A stretch of 64,000 nucleotides of DNA from an uncultured Bacteroidota bacterium (lineage in GTDB: Bacteria > Bacteroidota > Bacteroidia > Bacteroidales > WCHB1-69). The stretch covers positions 164-64,163 of the forward strand of contig CADBQG010000018.1 in NCBI GenBank assembly GCA_902796805.1, given 5' to 3'. A program made the position numbers and the translations under genes. Below, piece by piece: positions 36,584 through 45,635 of this stretch; within the stretch, counting starts at the first letter, position 1, and each line of letters starts with the position of its first letter. Under the pieces are notes generated by a model, which worked only from the letters and a program-made list of their open reading frames with translations, was not told where the DNA came from and made no database searches.

Positions 36584-36964
36584 TTATTTCGACTTCACAG
36601 CGATGGCCTCTATTTCCACAAGTACGCCCTTCGGCAGGTCGCGCACGGCAAAAGCTGCGCGTGCCGGCGGGTTTGTGGTGAAAGTTTTTGCGTAAACCTC
36701 GTTCATCGGGGAGAAGTTGGCGATGTCGCTCAAGAGACAAGTTGTCTTTACAACGTCCTCGGGCGAATATCCGGCTTCTTCAAGGATTGCGGTGAGGTTG
36801 GCCATAACCTGTTCGGTTTGCGCCGTGATTCCCTCAGGAACGTTTCCGGTTGCCGGATTTACAGGAATCTGTCCGGAAATGAAGAGCATTCCGTTAGCTT
36901 CAACTGCTTGACTGTAAGGGCCTATGGCCGCAGGGGCGTTTGTGGTGTGAATTATCTTTTTCAT
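36584..36964 (-). CDS. ridA: RidA family reactive-intermediate deaminase (YjgF/TdcF)
   Basis: Start set at MKKIIHTTNAPAAIGPYSQA. PARAAFAVRDLPKGVLVEIEAIA. Confidence 0.93.
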   Translation of the reverse strand: MKKIIHTTNAPAAIGPYSQAVEANGMLFISGQIPVNPATGNVPEGITAQTEQVMANLTAILEEAGYSPEDVVKTTCLLSDIANFSPMNEVYAKTFTTNPPARAAFAVRDLPKGVLVEIEAIAVKSK

Positions 36965-36990
36965 TAAGGTTTGAATTTTGTTTATAAAAC

Positions 36991-36998
36991 GCAAAGAT
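36991..36998 (-). promoter_or_regulatory. -7 promoter box TATCTTTG (ridA)
   Basis: Exact TAnnTTTG 27 nt upstream of the ATG at 36964. Confidence 0.6.
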
Positions 36999-37053
36999 AC
37001 AATTTAATCAGGATATTCCACACTCCGAGAAAGAAAAACACTACCAAGGCAAT

Positions 37054-37869
37054 CTATTTTTCGAACATCATGTTCAATCCGAAAAAGAAATTTCTGCGCA
37101 AAAATCTGTTTTTTTTCCATATTGCCTGTTCTTTTTCCACAACTTTGTTGGAATTATCATTCTTGAAAACACAAGAAGGGAAGAGTCGGATGTACAAGAG
37201 GCTGTTGTCAACAAGATGAAAACCGGCATTTTCGAAAAGGCCGCGCCACTGTTCTTCGGAGCGGATGTTCTCGTTGCCCATCAGGATTTCCTTGCCAAGA
37301 ACGTCGTCGTACACTGACACAACCCTCTTGTTCCCCCGCTGCCGGTAGAGCATCAGCCTTTTCAGGAGGCACGCCCCGTTTTCCTCTACAAGTATAAGTC
37401 TGCCACCTTTTTTGAGAGCCCTGTTGAAAATCCTCAGACCCTCTTCCACTGGTTCTATATGGTGGAGGGTGTCCTGCAGGATTATGTAGTCGAAACTTTC
37501 GTCTTTTATTTTTTGGTCGAAAAGATTGGCGTATTGATATGTAAAAAGCGACGTGTCGCCGAAGTTGTTCCAGAAGGCTCGCCTTTTCTGCCATTCATCT
37601 GAGTAATATTCCAAAGTCGTACCAGTTACAGGCTGCCCGTTCATGGCGAAAAAGAGGCCGGTGGTGCCGTAGCCGCAACCGCAGTCCCAGATGGCAGGTT
37701 TATTATTAGTGTTGATATACCTGTCAATGTATTCGAGCCTCTGGATGAAATAGGCTTTTCTGAAGTCCTGTTGCGACGTTGACCCGTCAGTCAGTTTGTA
37801 ATAAGGATATAGCGACCGGTTCTGCCGCAGTTCTTCGCACAAATGCCCGTAAAATTCGTTAATCTGCAT
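37054..37869 (-). CDS. class I SAM-dependent methyltransferase
   Basis: 271 aa. Motif I IWDCGCGYGTTG, motif post-I/II FDYIILQDTLHHI. Confidence 0.85.
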   Translation of the reverse strand: MQINEFYGHLCEELRQNRSLYPYYKLTDGSTSQQDFRKAYFIQRLEYIDRYINTNNKPAIWDCGCGYGTTGLFFAMNGQPVTGTTLEYYSDEWQKRRAFWNNFGDTSLFTYQYANLFDQKIKDESFDYIILQDTLHHIEPVEEGLRIFNRALKKGGRLILVEENGACLLKRLMLYRQRGNKRVVSVYDDVLGKEILMGNENIRSEEQWRGLFENAGFHLVDNSLLYIRLFPSCVFKNDNSNKVVEKEQAIWKKNRFLRRNFFFGLNMMFEK

Positions 37870-37880
37870 TAAAACCGGTG

Positions 37881-39698
37881 TTATATTCCGTCAGAGGAAC
37901 GTTTTTCGGCGCGCTTGCGCTCGTTCTCGTCAAGGATAATCTTGCGTACGCGCAGGCTCTGCGGGGTGATTTCAAGGTATTCGTCTTTGGCGATGAACTC
38001 CATGTACTGTTCGAGAGAGTATTTTATTGCCGGAGCGAGAACAAGTTTTTCGTCGGAACCGGCGGCGCGCATGTTCGACAGTTTTTTCGATTTGCAGACG
38101 TTGACCACAAGGTCGCCTTGGCGGATATGCTCGCCTATGATCTGTCCGGCATAAACTTGCTCGTTGGGCTCGATGAAGAACCTGCCGCGGTCCTGGAGTT
38201 TGTTGAGCGAGTAGGCGTATGCCTGACCGGTCTCCATTGCTATGAGCGAGCCGGCGTGTCGGCCGGCAATGTCGCCCTTCCAGGGTTGGAACTCTATGAA
38301 ACGGTGTGAGATTATGGCCTCGCCCTCGGTGGCTGTGAGAAGTTGGTTTGTGAGTCCTATGAGACCGCGCGAAGGTATAGTGAAGTTAAGGTGGACGCGG
38401 TCGTTCACGGTATCCATCGACATCAGTTCACCCTTCTTCCTTGATACGTAGTCTATCACGCGGCTCGACATTTCCTCTGGAACCAGGACGGTGAGTTGTT
38501 CCACGGGTTCGCATTTCTGTCCGTCAATCTCCTTAATGATAACCTGCGGTTGTCCAACCTGGAGTTCGTAGCCTTCGCGGCGCATGGTCTCGATGAGTAT
38601 CGAGAGGTGGAGGATGCCTCGTCCGAAGACGTTGAGACGGTCGGGTGAGTCAGTCTCCTCAATGCGCATTGCGAGGTTCTTCTCCAACTCCGCGAAAAGC
38701 CTGTCGCGAAGGTGGCGAGACGTTACATATTTGCCCTCTTTTCCGAAGAATGGCGAGTTGTTGATTGTGAACAACATGCTCATTGTTGGTTCGTCAACCT
38801 TGATGGGCGGGAGCTGTTCCGGGTTTTCGTAGTCGGCTACGGTGTCGCCTATCTCAAAGTCGTCGAGGCCGAGCAGGGCGCATATTTCGCCGGCCTCGAC
38901 AGGCTCCTTGAATTTTTCTTTTCCAAGTCCTTCAAATACATACAGTTCCTTGATTTTTGAAGTCTGCACCGAGCCGTCCCTTTTCACTAATGATACGTTC
39001 TGTCCCCATTGCACGGTGCCGCGTTTCACACGGCCCACCGCGATGCGCCCTACGTATGATGAATAGTCAAGCGATGATATCATCATCTGCAGGTTGCCCG
39101 GTTCCACTTTCGGTGCGGGTATTTTCTCAATTATAGTGTCAAGGAGATAAGAAATGTCGTTGGTAGGGTTCTGCCAGTCGGGTCCCATCCAGCCGTTTTT
39201 GGCGGAGCCGTAAACGGTGGGGAAATCCAGCTGCTCGTCGGTGGCGCCCAAGTTGAACATAAGTTCGAAAACGGCTTCCTGGGCAAGGTCCGGGTGGCAG
39301 TTCGGCTTGTCAACCTTGTTGATGACCACAACGGGCTTAAGTCCGAGCTCTATGGCTTTCTGCGTCACGAAACGGGTCTGCGGCATCGGGCCTTCAAAAG
39401 CGTCAACGACGAGCAAAACGCCGTCGGCCATGTTGAGGACACGCTCCACCTCGCCGCCAAAGTCACTATGCCCGGGAGTGTCAATAACGTTGATCTTGAC
39501 ACCCTTGTATCTTACAGAAACGTTCTTCGACAGTATCGTTATGCCGCGCTCGCGCTCCAGGTCGTTGTTGTCAAGCACCAAGTCCTGCACTTGCTGGTTC
39601 TCCCTGAAAAGGTGCGACTGGTACAATATTCTGTCAACTAATGTTGTTTTGCCGTGATCGACGTGGGCGATGATTGCTATGTTCCTGATATTCTGCAT
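37881..39698 (-). CDS. typA: translational GTPase TypA/BipA
   Basis: Start set at MQNIRNIAIIAHVDHGKTT. DTPGHSDF, NKVD. EF-G-like domains. Confidence 0.96.
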   Translation of the reverse strand: MQNIRNIAIIAHVDHGKTTLVDRILYQSHLFRENQQVQDLVLDNNDLERERGITILSKNVSVRYKGVKINVIDTPGHSDFGGEVERVLNMADGVLLVVDAFEGPMPQTRFVTQKAIELGLKPVVVINKVDKPNCHPDLAQEAVFELMFNLGATDEQLDFPTVYGSAKNGWMGPDWQNPTNDISYLLDTIIEKIPAPKVEPGNLQMMISSLDYSSYVGRIAVGRVKRGTVQWGQNVSLVKRDGSVQTSKIKELYVFEGLGKEKFKEPVEAGEICALLGLDDFEIGDTVADYENPEQLPPIKVDEPTMSMLFTINNSPFFGKEGKYVTSRHLRDRLFAELEKNLAMRIEETDSPDRLNVFGRGILHLSILIETMRREGYELQVGQPQVIIKEIDGQKCEPVEQLTVLVPEEMSSRVIDYVSRKKGELMSMDTVNDRVHLNFTIPSRGLIGLTNQLLTATEGEAIISHRFIEFQPWKGDIAGRHAGSLIAMETGQAYAYSLNKLQDRGRFFIEPNEQVYAGQIIGEHIRQGDLVVNVCKSKKLSNMRAAGSDEKLVLAPAIKYSLEQYMEFIAKDEYLEITPQSLRVRKIILDENERKRAEKRSSDGI

Positions 39699-39722
39699 AG
39701 TAACATTCTTTAAAAAAACCTG

Positions 39723-39730
39723 CAAAGATA
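39723..39730 (-). promoter_or_regulatory. -7 promoter box TATCTTTG (typA)
   Basis: Exact TAnnTTTG 25 nt upstream of the ATG at 39698. Confidence 0.6.
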
Positions 39731-39786
39731 CACTTATTTAAGATACCAACAAATTGAAAATTAGAACCAGACAAAAAACGGGAGTC

Positions 39787-41463
39787 TCACGGTTTGATAA
39801 GGTTGTGACCGGTCATCCTGTAGGTTCTCATACCGCCTATGAGGTTGCATACGTTCTCAAACCCGTTCTGCATCAGTATTCTCGAAGCAACATATCCGCG
39901 CAGCCCGACTTCGCAGAACACCACGATTTTCTTGCCGGAGGGTATCTCATCCAAGAATTCGCGCAGTTCGTCAACCGAATAGCGAACGGCTCCTTTTATT
40001 GTGCCGTTCCTGTATTCGGGGAGTTCGCGCACGTCAAGTAGGAAGAAATCCTCGTTGTTGTCGATTATCCGGTCCAAGTCCTTGACATGTATCGGGTTCA
40101 TAAGATGAGTGAGAATGTTCTCGGCAACCATGCCTGCGAACATCACCGGGCTTTTCGCCGACCCGAATGGAGGCGCGTAGGAATGCTCGCTGCCGACGAG
40201 GTCGTAGACGGTGCCGTTGTGTTTCAGCAGCAATGAGATGACATCTATCTGCTTGTCCACATTCTGTTTTCCTATGGCCTGTGCTCCGAGGATGCGGCCG
40301 TCTTCCGGTGAGAAGTTGAGTTTCAGCGAAATTTGGCTTCCTCCCGGATAGTATGTGGCGTGGGCCGCGGGATGAACTATGACCGTCTCAAATGCGATGC
40401 CTGCGCGTTCGAGAGCCTTTTCCGACATACCTGTGCAGGCAACCGTCAGATCGAAGATCTTGGCTATGGCGGTGGAAACGGAGCCGTTGTAGGCAGTGCT
40501 TTCAGGGTGCACCATGTTCATGGCGGCAATCCTGGCCTGGGCGTTTGCCGGTCCCGCCAGGAAGTTGCAGTACGGCACTCCGGTAATCGGGTGCGGGAAC
40601 TCGATGACGTCGCCTACAGCGTAGATATCCTTATCGGATGTCTGAAGGTATTTGTTCACTGTTATTCCTCCGGTTTTTCCGATTTCAAGGCCTGCGTTTT
40701 CAGCCAAAGATGCGTTCGGCCTCACGCCAATGCTCAAAATCACGAGATCGCATGTCAGTTCCTCCCCGTTGTCTAAAATCACTTTTTTACGTCCTCCGTC
40801 TTCGGAAAAGGAGGAAACACCCGTATTCGTGATTATCCTGACACCGTGCTCCGAGACATGCTGCTGCGCTATGGCTGCGATTGGCAGGTCTGTCGGGGTG
40901 AGGATGTGGTCGGCTTTTTCAACCAATGTCACCACAAAGCCCATCCTGCGGAGGTTTTCTGCCATCTCAAGTCCTATGAAGCCGCCTCCGACAACCACTG
41001 TCGAAGCGTTTCCTGAAAGGAATTCGAGAGCTTTTTTCTTGATATTGTCGCAGTCGGCAACGTTGCGCAGGGTGAATATGTTGTTGCCGCGTACTCCTGG
41101 AATGTCAGGTATCACCGGCAATGCTCCGGGCGACAGTAGCAATACGTCGTAGCTTTCGGAATAAACCCTCCAGCTTCGCAGATCCTGTACTTCCACGGTG
41201 TGTTTTTCCCTGTCTATGGCCGTTACTTCCTGAAGTGTCCTCACGTCAACATCATAGCGGTTTCCGAACGACACCGGGGTCTGCACGAAGAGTTTTTCCC
41301 TATTGTTTATGACATCCCCAATATAGTACGGAAGTCCGCAGTTTGCGTATGAGATGTATTCGCCCTTTTCAAACACCACAATCTCGGCGTTTTCGTCAAG
41401 GCGTCTCAAGCGGGCCGCGGCAGAGGCGCCACCGGCCACGCCGCCAACAATAACATATTTCAT
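39787..41463 (-). CDS. CoA-disulfide reductase / NADH oxidase-type flavoprotein with C-terminal rhodanese domain
   Basis: 558 aa. FAD site VIVGGVAGGASAA, redox Cys SYANCGLPYY, second Rossmann VVGGGFIGLE, rhodanese Cys VVFCEVGLRG. Confidence 0.9.
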   Translation of the reverse strand: MKYVIVGGVAGGASAAARLRRLDENAEIVVFEKGEYISYANCGLPYYIGDVINNREKLFVQTPVSFGNRYDVDVRTLQEVTAIDREKHTVEVQDLRSWRVYSESYDVLLLSPGALPVIPDIPGVRGNNIFTLRNVADCDNIKKKALEFLSGNASTVVVGGGFIGLEMAENLRRMGFVVTLVEKADHILTPTDLPIAAIAQQHVSEHGVRIITNTGVSSFSEDGGRKKVILDNGEELTCDLVILSIGVRPNASLAENAGLEIGKTGGITVNKYLQTSDKDIYAVGDVIEFPHPITGVPYCNFLAGPANAQARIAAMNMVHPESTAYNGSVSTAIAKIFDLTVACTGMSEKALERAGIAFETVIVHPAAHATYYPGGSQISLKLNFSPEDGRILGAQAIGKQNVDKQIDVISLLLKHNGTVYDLVGSEHSYAPPFGSAKSPVMFAGMVAENILTHLMNPIHVKDLDRIIDNNEDFFLLDVRELPEYRNGTIKGAVRYSVDELREFLDEIPSGKKIVVFCEVGLRGYVASRILMQNGFENVCNLIGGMRTYRMTGHNLIKP

Positions 41464-41477
41464 AATTCGGTTTTTAT

Positions 41478-41524
41478 TTGAATAAAATCAAAGAAGGCTG
41501 TTTGCAGAGAGAAACAGCCTTCTT
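41478..41524 (-). terminator. intrinsic terminator after ilvE
   Basis: Perfect 13-bp stem aagaaggctgttt/aaacagccttctt (41491-41503/41512-41524), followed on the minus strand by tgattttatt. Confidence 0.8.
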
Positions 41525-41544
41525 GGTAGTATGTTTTGAAAATG

Positions 41545-42567
41545 TTAGCATTCAACGATTGTGCACCAGCCGTATTTGTCCTCTATTTCGCCGTACTGGA
41601 TACCCATGAGGGTTTCGCGCATTTTGATGCTCCACGGGCCGGGCTTTCCGTCCTTGGAAATCACGTATTCCTTGCCGCTTTCCCTGTCTTGGATCTTGTG
41701 GATCGGGGAGATGACGGCGGCGGTGCCGCAGGCGCCTGCCTCCTCGAAGGTGTCGATTTCATCCAATCTCACATGTCTTCTTTCCACCACTAAGCCGAGG
41801 TCTTCGGCGATTTGGCGAAGGCTCATGTTGGTGATTGACGGGAGAATAGAGCCTGAATCGGGAGTTACGTATTTTCCGTCCTTGATGCCGAAGAAGTTTG
41901 CCGGGCCGGCCTCGTCGATATAGGTCTTTGTCTTGGCGTCGGCGAAGATGGATGCGCTGAAGCCCTCCTTGTGGGCGCGCTCGCCGGCGCGGAGTGAAGC
42001 CGCATAGTTGCCGCCAACCTTAACATGACCTGTGCCAAGTGGTGCGGCGCGGTCATAGTCGAGCGCAATCTGCATGTCTGTGGGTTTGAAACCCTCCTTG
42101 AAGTACGGGCCAACGGGCATCACGAACACCACGAAAAGATATTCGTCAGCCGGCTTGACACCGATTGTGGCGCCGGTGCCTATGAGCAGCGGGCGGATGT
42201 AGAGAGAACCCTCTGTGCCGTATGGCGGGATATATTCGGCGTTCAACTTGATGACTTTCTCCAATGCTCCGAAAAAGACGTCTTCAGGAATATGCGCCAA
42301 CATGATGGCGTCGGCAGAGTTGTTGAGGCGCTTCCAGTTCTCTTCCCAGCGGAAAAGGCGCACTTTGCCGTCCTTGCCCCGGAAAGCCTTCATCCCCTCA
42401 AAAGCCTCCTGTCCGTAGTGAAGACAAGATGCCGCCATGTGCATGGGAATATATTCGTCAGAACATACTTCCAGCTGTCCCCATTTTCCGTCCCTGTAGT
42501 AGCAGCGAACATTGTAGTCGGTCTTTACATAACCGAAAGAAAGGTTTTTCCAATCAATATTTTTCAT
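41545..42567 (-). CDS. ilvE: branched-chain amino acid aminotransferase
   Basis: 340 aa. Class IV aminotransferase pattern (FEGMKAFR, GGNYAASL, TPDSGSILPSITN). Confidence 0.93.
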   Translation of the reverse strand: MKNIDWKNLSFGYVKTDYNVRCYYRDGKWGQLEVCSDEYIPMHMAASCLHYGQEAFEGMKAFRGKDGKVRLFRWEENWKRLNNSADAIMLAHIPEDVFFGALEKVIKLNAEYIPPYGTEGSLYIRPLLIGTGATIGVKPADEYLFVVFVMPVGPYFKEGFKPTDMQIALDYDRAAPLGTGHVKVGGNYAASLRAGERAHKEGFSASIFADAKTKTYIDEAGPANFFGIKDGKYVTPDSGSILPSITNMSLRQIAEDLGLVVERRHVRLDEIDTFEEAGACGTAAVISPIHKIQDRESGKEYVISKDGKPGPWSIKMRETLMGIQYGEIEDKYGWCTIVEC

Positions 42568-42590
42568 ACAAAATTTTATTTGATTAAGTG

Positions 42591-43103
42591 TTATACTGTT
42601 ATTAAACTGTCAATGGAATATTTGGCAAGTTTCTTGCGCCCTTTCAGACCCTCGAGTTCCATGAGGAACAGAAGGCTTATGCTTTGAGGGTGGAAATGCG
42701 ACACGAGATTCACGGCGCTTGTCATGGAACCGCCAGTGGCCAGTACATCGTCAACGATGAGGACTCTTTTGTTTTCCGGCATCGCATCGACATGAATCTC
42801 CATCGTTGCGCTCCCGTACTCAAGAAAGTATGCCTCCTGGTAAGTCTTGAACGGAAGTTTGCCTTTCTTGCGCACAGGGACAAATGGCAGTTTCAAAAGG
42901 TTGGCCAGTACAGTGCCGAAGAAGAACCCGCGTGACTCAAGGGCTACTATGACCTCAGGGTTGTGTTTTTCAGCCAAGGCCAGCATCCGGCGTGTCGTCT
43001 CCTGAAAAGCTTCAGCGTCGTTCAACAGGGTGGTGATATCGTAGAACTGGACTCCCGGAGTAGGGAAATCCAGAACAATCCTGATTTTGTCCTTGATATT
43101 CAT
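42591..43103 (-). CDS. apt: adenine phosphoribosyltransferase
   Basis: 170 aa. PRPP-binding motif VLIVDDVLATGGS. FPTPGVQFYDIT. Confidence 0.95.
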   Translation of the reverse strand: MNIKDKIRIVLDFPTPGVQFYDITTLLNDAEAFQETTRRMLALAEKHNPEVIVALESRGFFFGTVLANLLKLPFVPVRKKGKLPFKTYQEAYFLEYGSATMEIHVDAMPENKRVLIVDDVLATGGSMTSAVNLVSHFHPQSISLLFLMELEGLKGRKKLAKYSIDSLITV

Positions 43104-43131
43104 CTCTGTTGATCTTATTTCAAAAAACGTA

Positions 43132-43139
43132 CAAAATTA
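43132..43139 (-). promoter_or_regulatory. -7 promoter box TAATTTTG (apt-ilvE)
   Basis: Exact TAnnTTTG 29 nt upstream of the apt ATG. Confidence 0.55.
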
Positions 43140-43225
43140 CACTTTTTTCCTTTACAGCACGTAAAATTTTATCAGTGTGCTTTAAGAGCCGGGTTTAAGT
43201 GAAGAAAGGCTCGACGAAACAAGAG

Positions 43226-43936
43226 TCAGTCTTTGACACATCTGACGGAGTGTCCGTAGCACTTGTAGTCAAGGTAATTGTATATCTCTGTCTTGAAATC
43301 GTAGATTATGGCGCACCAGGACTCAATCTTGTTGAAAGGGGTAGCACTCCAGAAAAGAGCCTGCTGTGTGGAGTACCTGTAACCGTCTTCTGTGTAGGAC
43401 CCCGCCGGCGTGGCGTTGAACCCGCCCACGTCCCTCAGGTTTGCTGTGTAAGGCTCCCACAGTTGCGACATTGCCTTCATCTTTTCTCCTGCGATGCCGG
43501 TGCCGCCGAGGTAGGCGAACAAAGTCTCCCATTCCGAGATGTCGGGCAGATGCCATCCCAAAGGGCAGATTCCTCTGTGGTTGAGTCCGCCTTTTGCCTT
43601 GTGCTGGTTGTCGTATGTATCCATCGCTGCCGCCCAGTTGTAGAGAAGACCGTACCTTTGAATCACCGGCACCGCGTAGTAGGCCGCAAAAAGCGGGTTG
43701 GATATTGAGAATGACGGGTCCTTGAGCCAAGTCTTGCCGGTCGGGGAGGTCGTGCAGCGCATGTTCTCAGCCATCCAGCACTGCCTGCCAATCTTCACAG
43801 TGCTGTACACATTGCCCTCATGGTCTTTGACAACAGGAGCTTCGGGGCAGAAAAAAAACGCGCTGTCTGCCTCGTTTTGTGCGGGCAGACAGGTGTATGC
43901 TAAAATAAAGAATGATACGGCAAGGACGAACCTCAT
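43226..43936 (-). CDS. FISUMP-domain secreted protein
   Basis: 236 aa. Signal peptide MRFVLAVSFFILAYTCLPAQ. IGRQCWMAENMR, LLYNWAAAM, GICPLGWHLPDISEWETL, FWSATP. Confidence 0.85.
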   Translation of the reverse strand: MRFVLAVSFFILAYTCLPAQNEADSAFFFCPEAPVVKDHEGNVYSTVKIGRQCWMAENMRCTTSPTGKTWLKDPSFSISNPLFAAYYAVPVIQRYGLLYNWAAAMDTYDNQHKAKGGLNHRGICPLGWHLPDISEWETLFAYLGGTGIAGEKMKAMSQLWEPYTANLRDVGGFNATPAGSYTEDGYRYSTQQALFWSATPFNKIESWCAIIYDFKTEIYNYLDYKCYGHSVRCVKD

Positions 43937-43955
43937 GCAGATAAAATCGTGTGAA

Positions 43956-44981
43956 TCAGTATTTTGTTAGGGATTCGAATTTGTCAAGATTCTTAAGTGC
44001 GATTGCTGTGCCGCGGGCAACGGCGCGCAACGGGTCTTCAACCACGTGCACCGGCAGTTGCGTTATCTTGCTTATGCGTTTGTCGAGGCCGCGCAGGAGC
44101 GACCCGCCGCCAGCAAGATATATGCCGGTCTTGTAAATGTCGGCCGACAACTCAGCAGGCGTTACGTTCAGTGCCTGCATCACGGCGTCTTCGATGGCGT
44201 TTATGGAGTTATTCAGTGCCGAGGCCACTTCCTGGTGGTTGACCTGGATGCTGCGCGGGATGCCGTGAACGAGGTCGCGGCCCGACACCTCGTAGTCAGT
44301 AGGTGGATTCTCAAGGTTCGGTATAGCCGCGCCCACATTGATTTTGATTTGTTCTGCCGTTGGCAGTCCGATATCGAGGTTGTGCTCGCGCCTCATGAAC
44401 TCCTTTATGTCGGTGTTCAGGCGGTCGCCGGCAACTTGGACAGACTTTTTCGCCGCTATTGAGCCAAGCGCTATTACGGCCACTTCGCTCGTGCCGCCGC
44501 CGATGTCGATGATCATGTTGCCGTTGGCGTCCAGGACGTCGATGCCGCTGCCTATGGCTGCCGCCATGGGCTCGTAGATGAGCCTTACCTCTTTTGCACC
44601 GGCTTGCTCGGCAGACTCGCGAACAGCACGTTCTTCAACTTCTGTGATTCCTGACGGAATGCATATCACCATCTTCATTGCCGGGGAAAAAAGGTTGCGC
44701 CCCATGTTGGTCATCTTGATAAACTCGCGCAACATGCTCTCCGCAGCCTGGAAGTCGGCTATGACACCGTTTTTCAAAGGCCTTACAGTGATTATGTCAC
44801 CCGATGTCTTCCCCTCCATCATCAAGGCCTTTTTGCCAACGGCAACAACAGCCTTGGTGCGGAAATTCATGGCAATGATGGAAGGCTCGTCCACAACAAC
44901 CTTGTTCTCGTGAAGAATGACGGTGTTGGCGGTTCCGAGGTCTATGGCTATCTCTTTGGTAAACAATGAAAACAAACCCAT
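43956..44981 (-). CDS. mreB: rod shape-determining protein MreB
   Basis: 341 aa. Actin-fold motifs IAIDLGTANT, IIDIGGGTSEVAV, GIYLAGGGSLLRGLD. Confidence 0.96.
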   Translation of the reverse strand: MGLFSLFTKEIAIDLGTANTVILHENKVVVDEPSIIAMNFRTKAVVAVGKKALMMEGKTSGDIITVRPLKNGVIADFQAAESMLREFIKMTNMGRNLFSPAMKMVICIPSGITEVEERAVRESAEQAGAKEVRLIYEPMAAAIGSGIDVLDANGNMIIDIGGGTSEVAVIALGSIAAKKSVQVAGDRLNTDIKEFMRREHNLDIGLPTAEQIKINVGAAIPNLENPPTDYEVSGRDLVHGIPRSIQVNHQEVASALNNSINAIEDAVMQALNVTPAELSADIYKTGIYLAGGGSLLRGLDKRISKITQLPVHVVEDPLRAVARGTAIALKNLDKFESLTKY

Positions 44982-45006
44982 TTCAAATATCGCGTTTTAA
45001 ATTTTG

Positions 45007-45014
45007 CAAAAGTA
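45007..45014 (-). promoter_or_regulatory. -7 promoter box TACTTTTG (mreB)
   Basis: Exact TAnnTTTG 26 nt upstream of the mreB ATG. Confidence 0.55.
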
Positions 45015-45065
45015 TACTTTTTTTTTCGCTTTTACGGTGTTGCTCCCCTAAATGTTACATTTTTT

Positions 45066-45632
45066 TCAAAAATCGTAGCCGTTGATTTCGCCGTGAGGAT
45101 GGATTATGGTGTATTTTGTGAAACGCTCGTCGGCGGTGAAGCCGTCCCCGTAATTCACAGAACCGTCGCTTTTCACCTGTTTTACCTGCTTGTCTGAATA
45201 TATCTTGTGCGAACGTTGATCCCACACCACCTCCTCGGTTATAACAGAGTCGCCGGAGGCGATGTCGTAGATGACAACATGTTTTTCAGCCCTGTAGAAG
45301 CTGTTGTTAAGTTGGTTGGCGTACTCGGCGGTGATAATCGCCTGCCTTTCCCCATAGTCGTTGAAAGAGGTGACTTTCACGCCCTTCGGGAAGTCGGTGA
45401 AAGTGGAGTCCTCGCCATAATAGCGGTTCATCATGGGTGTTGAAAGCACAAAGTTCACCCTTCCGGAGTCGCTGACGGTTATTGTCATGTTCTCTGCCGA
45501 CTCGTCGGGGAATCTTCCCTCGTATTCCAGAATCTCGGCGTTTCCCTTGTTGCCGCTGCAAGCGGAAAGGAGCATCATAACGCCCAACGCCGTTATGATG
45601 CTCCTTGTGATTTTTATGCCAAAAAGGGACAT
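45066..45632 (-). CDS. lptC: LPS export periplasmic protein LptC-like
   Basis: 188 aa. N-terminal anchor/lipobox-like ALGVMMLLSAC, OstA-like beta-jellyroll pattern (VTSFNDYGERQAIITAEYA..AEKHVVIYD). The assignment is moderate. Confidence 0.55.
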   Translation of the reverse strand: MSLFGIKITRSIITALGVMMLLSACSGNKGNAEILEYEGRFPDESAENMTITVSDSGRVNFVLSTPMMNRYYGEDSTFTDFPKGVKVTSFNDYGERQAIITAEYANQLNNSFYRAEKHVVIYDIASGDSVITEEVVWDQRSHKIYSDKQVKQVKSDGSVNYGDGFTADERFTKYTIIHPHGEINGYDF

Positions 45633-45635
45633 CTG

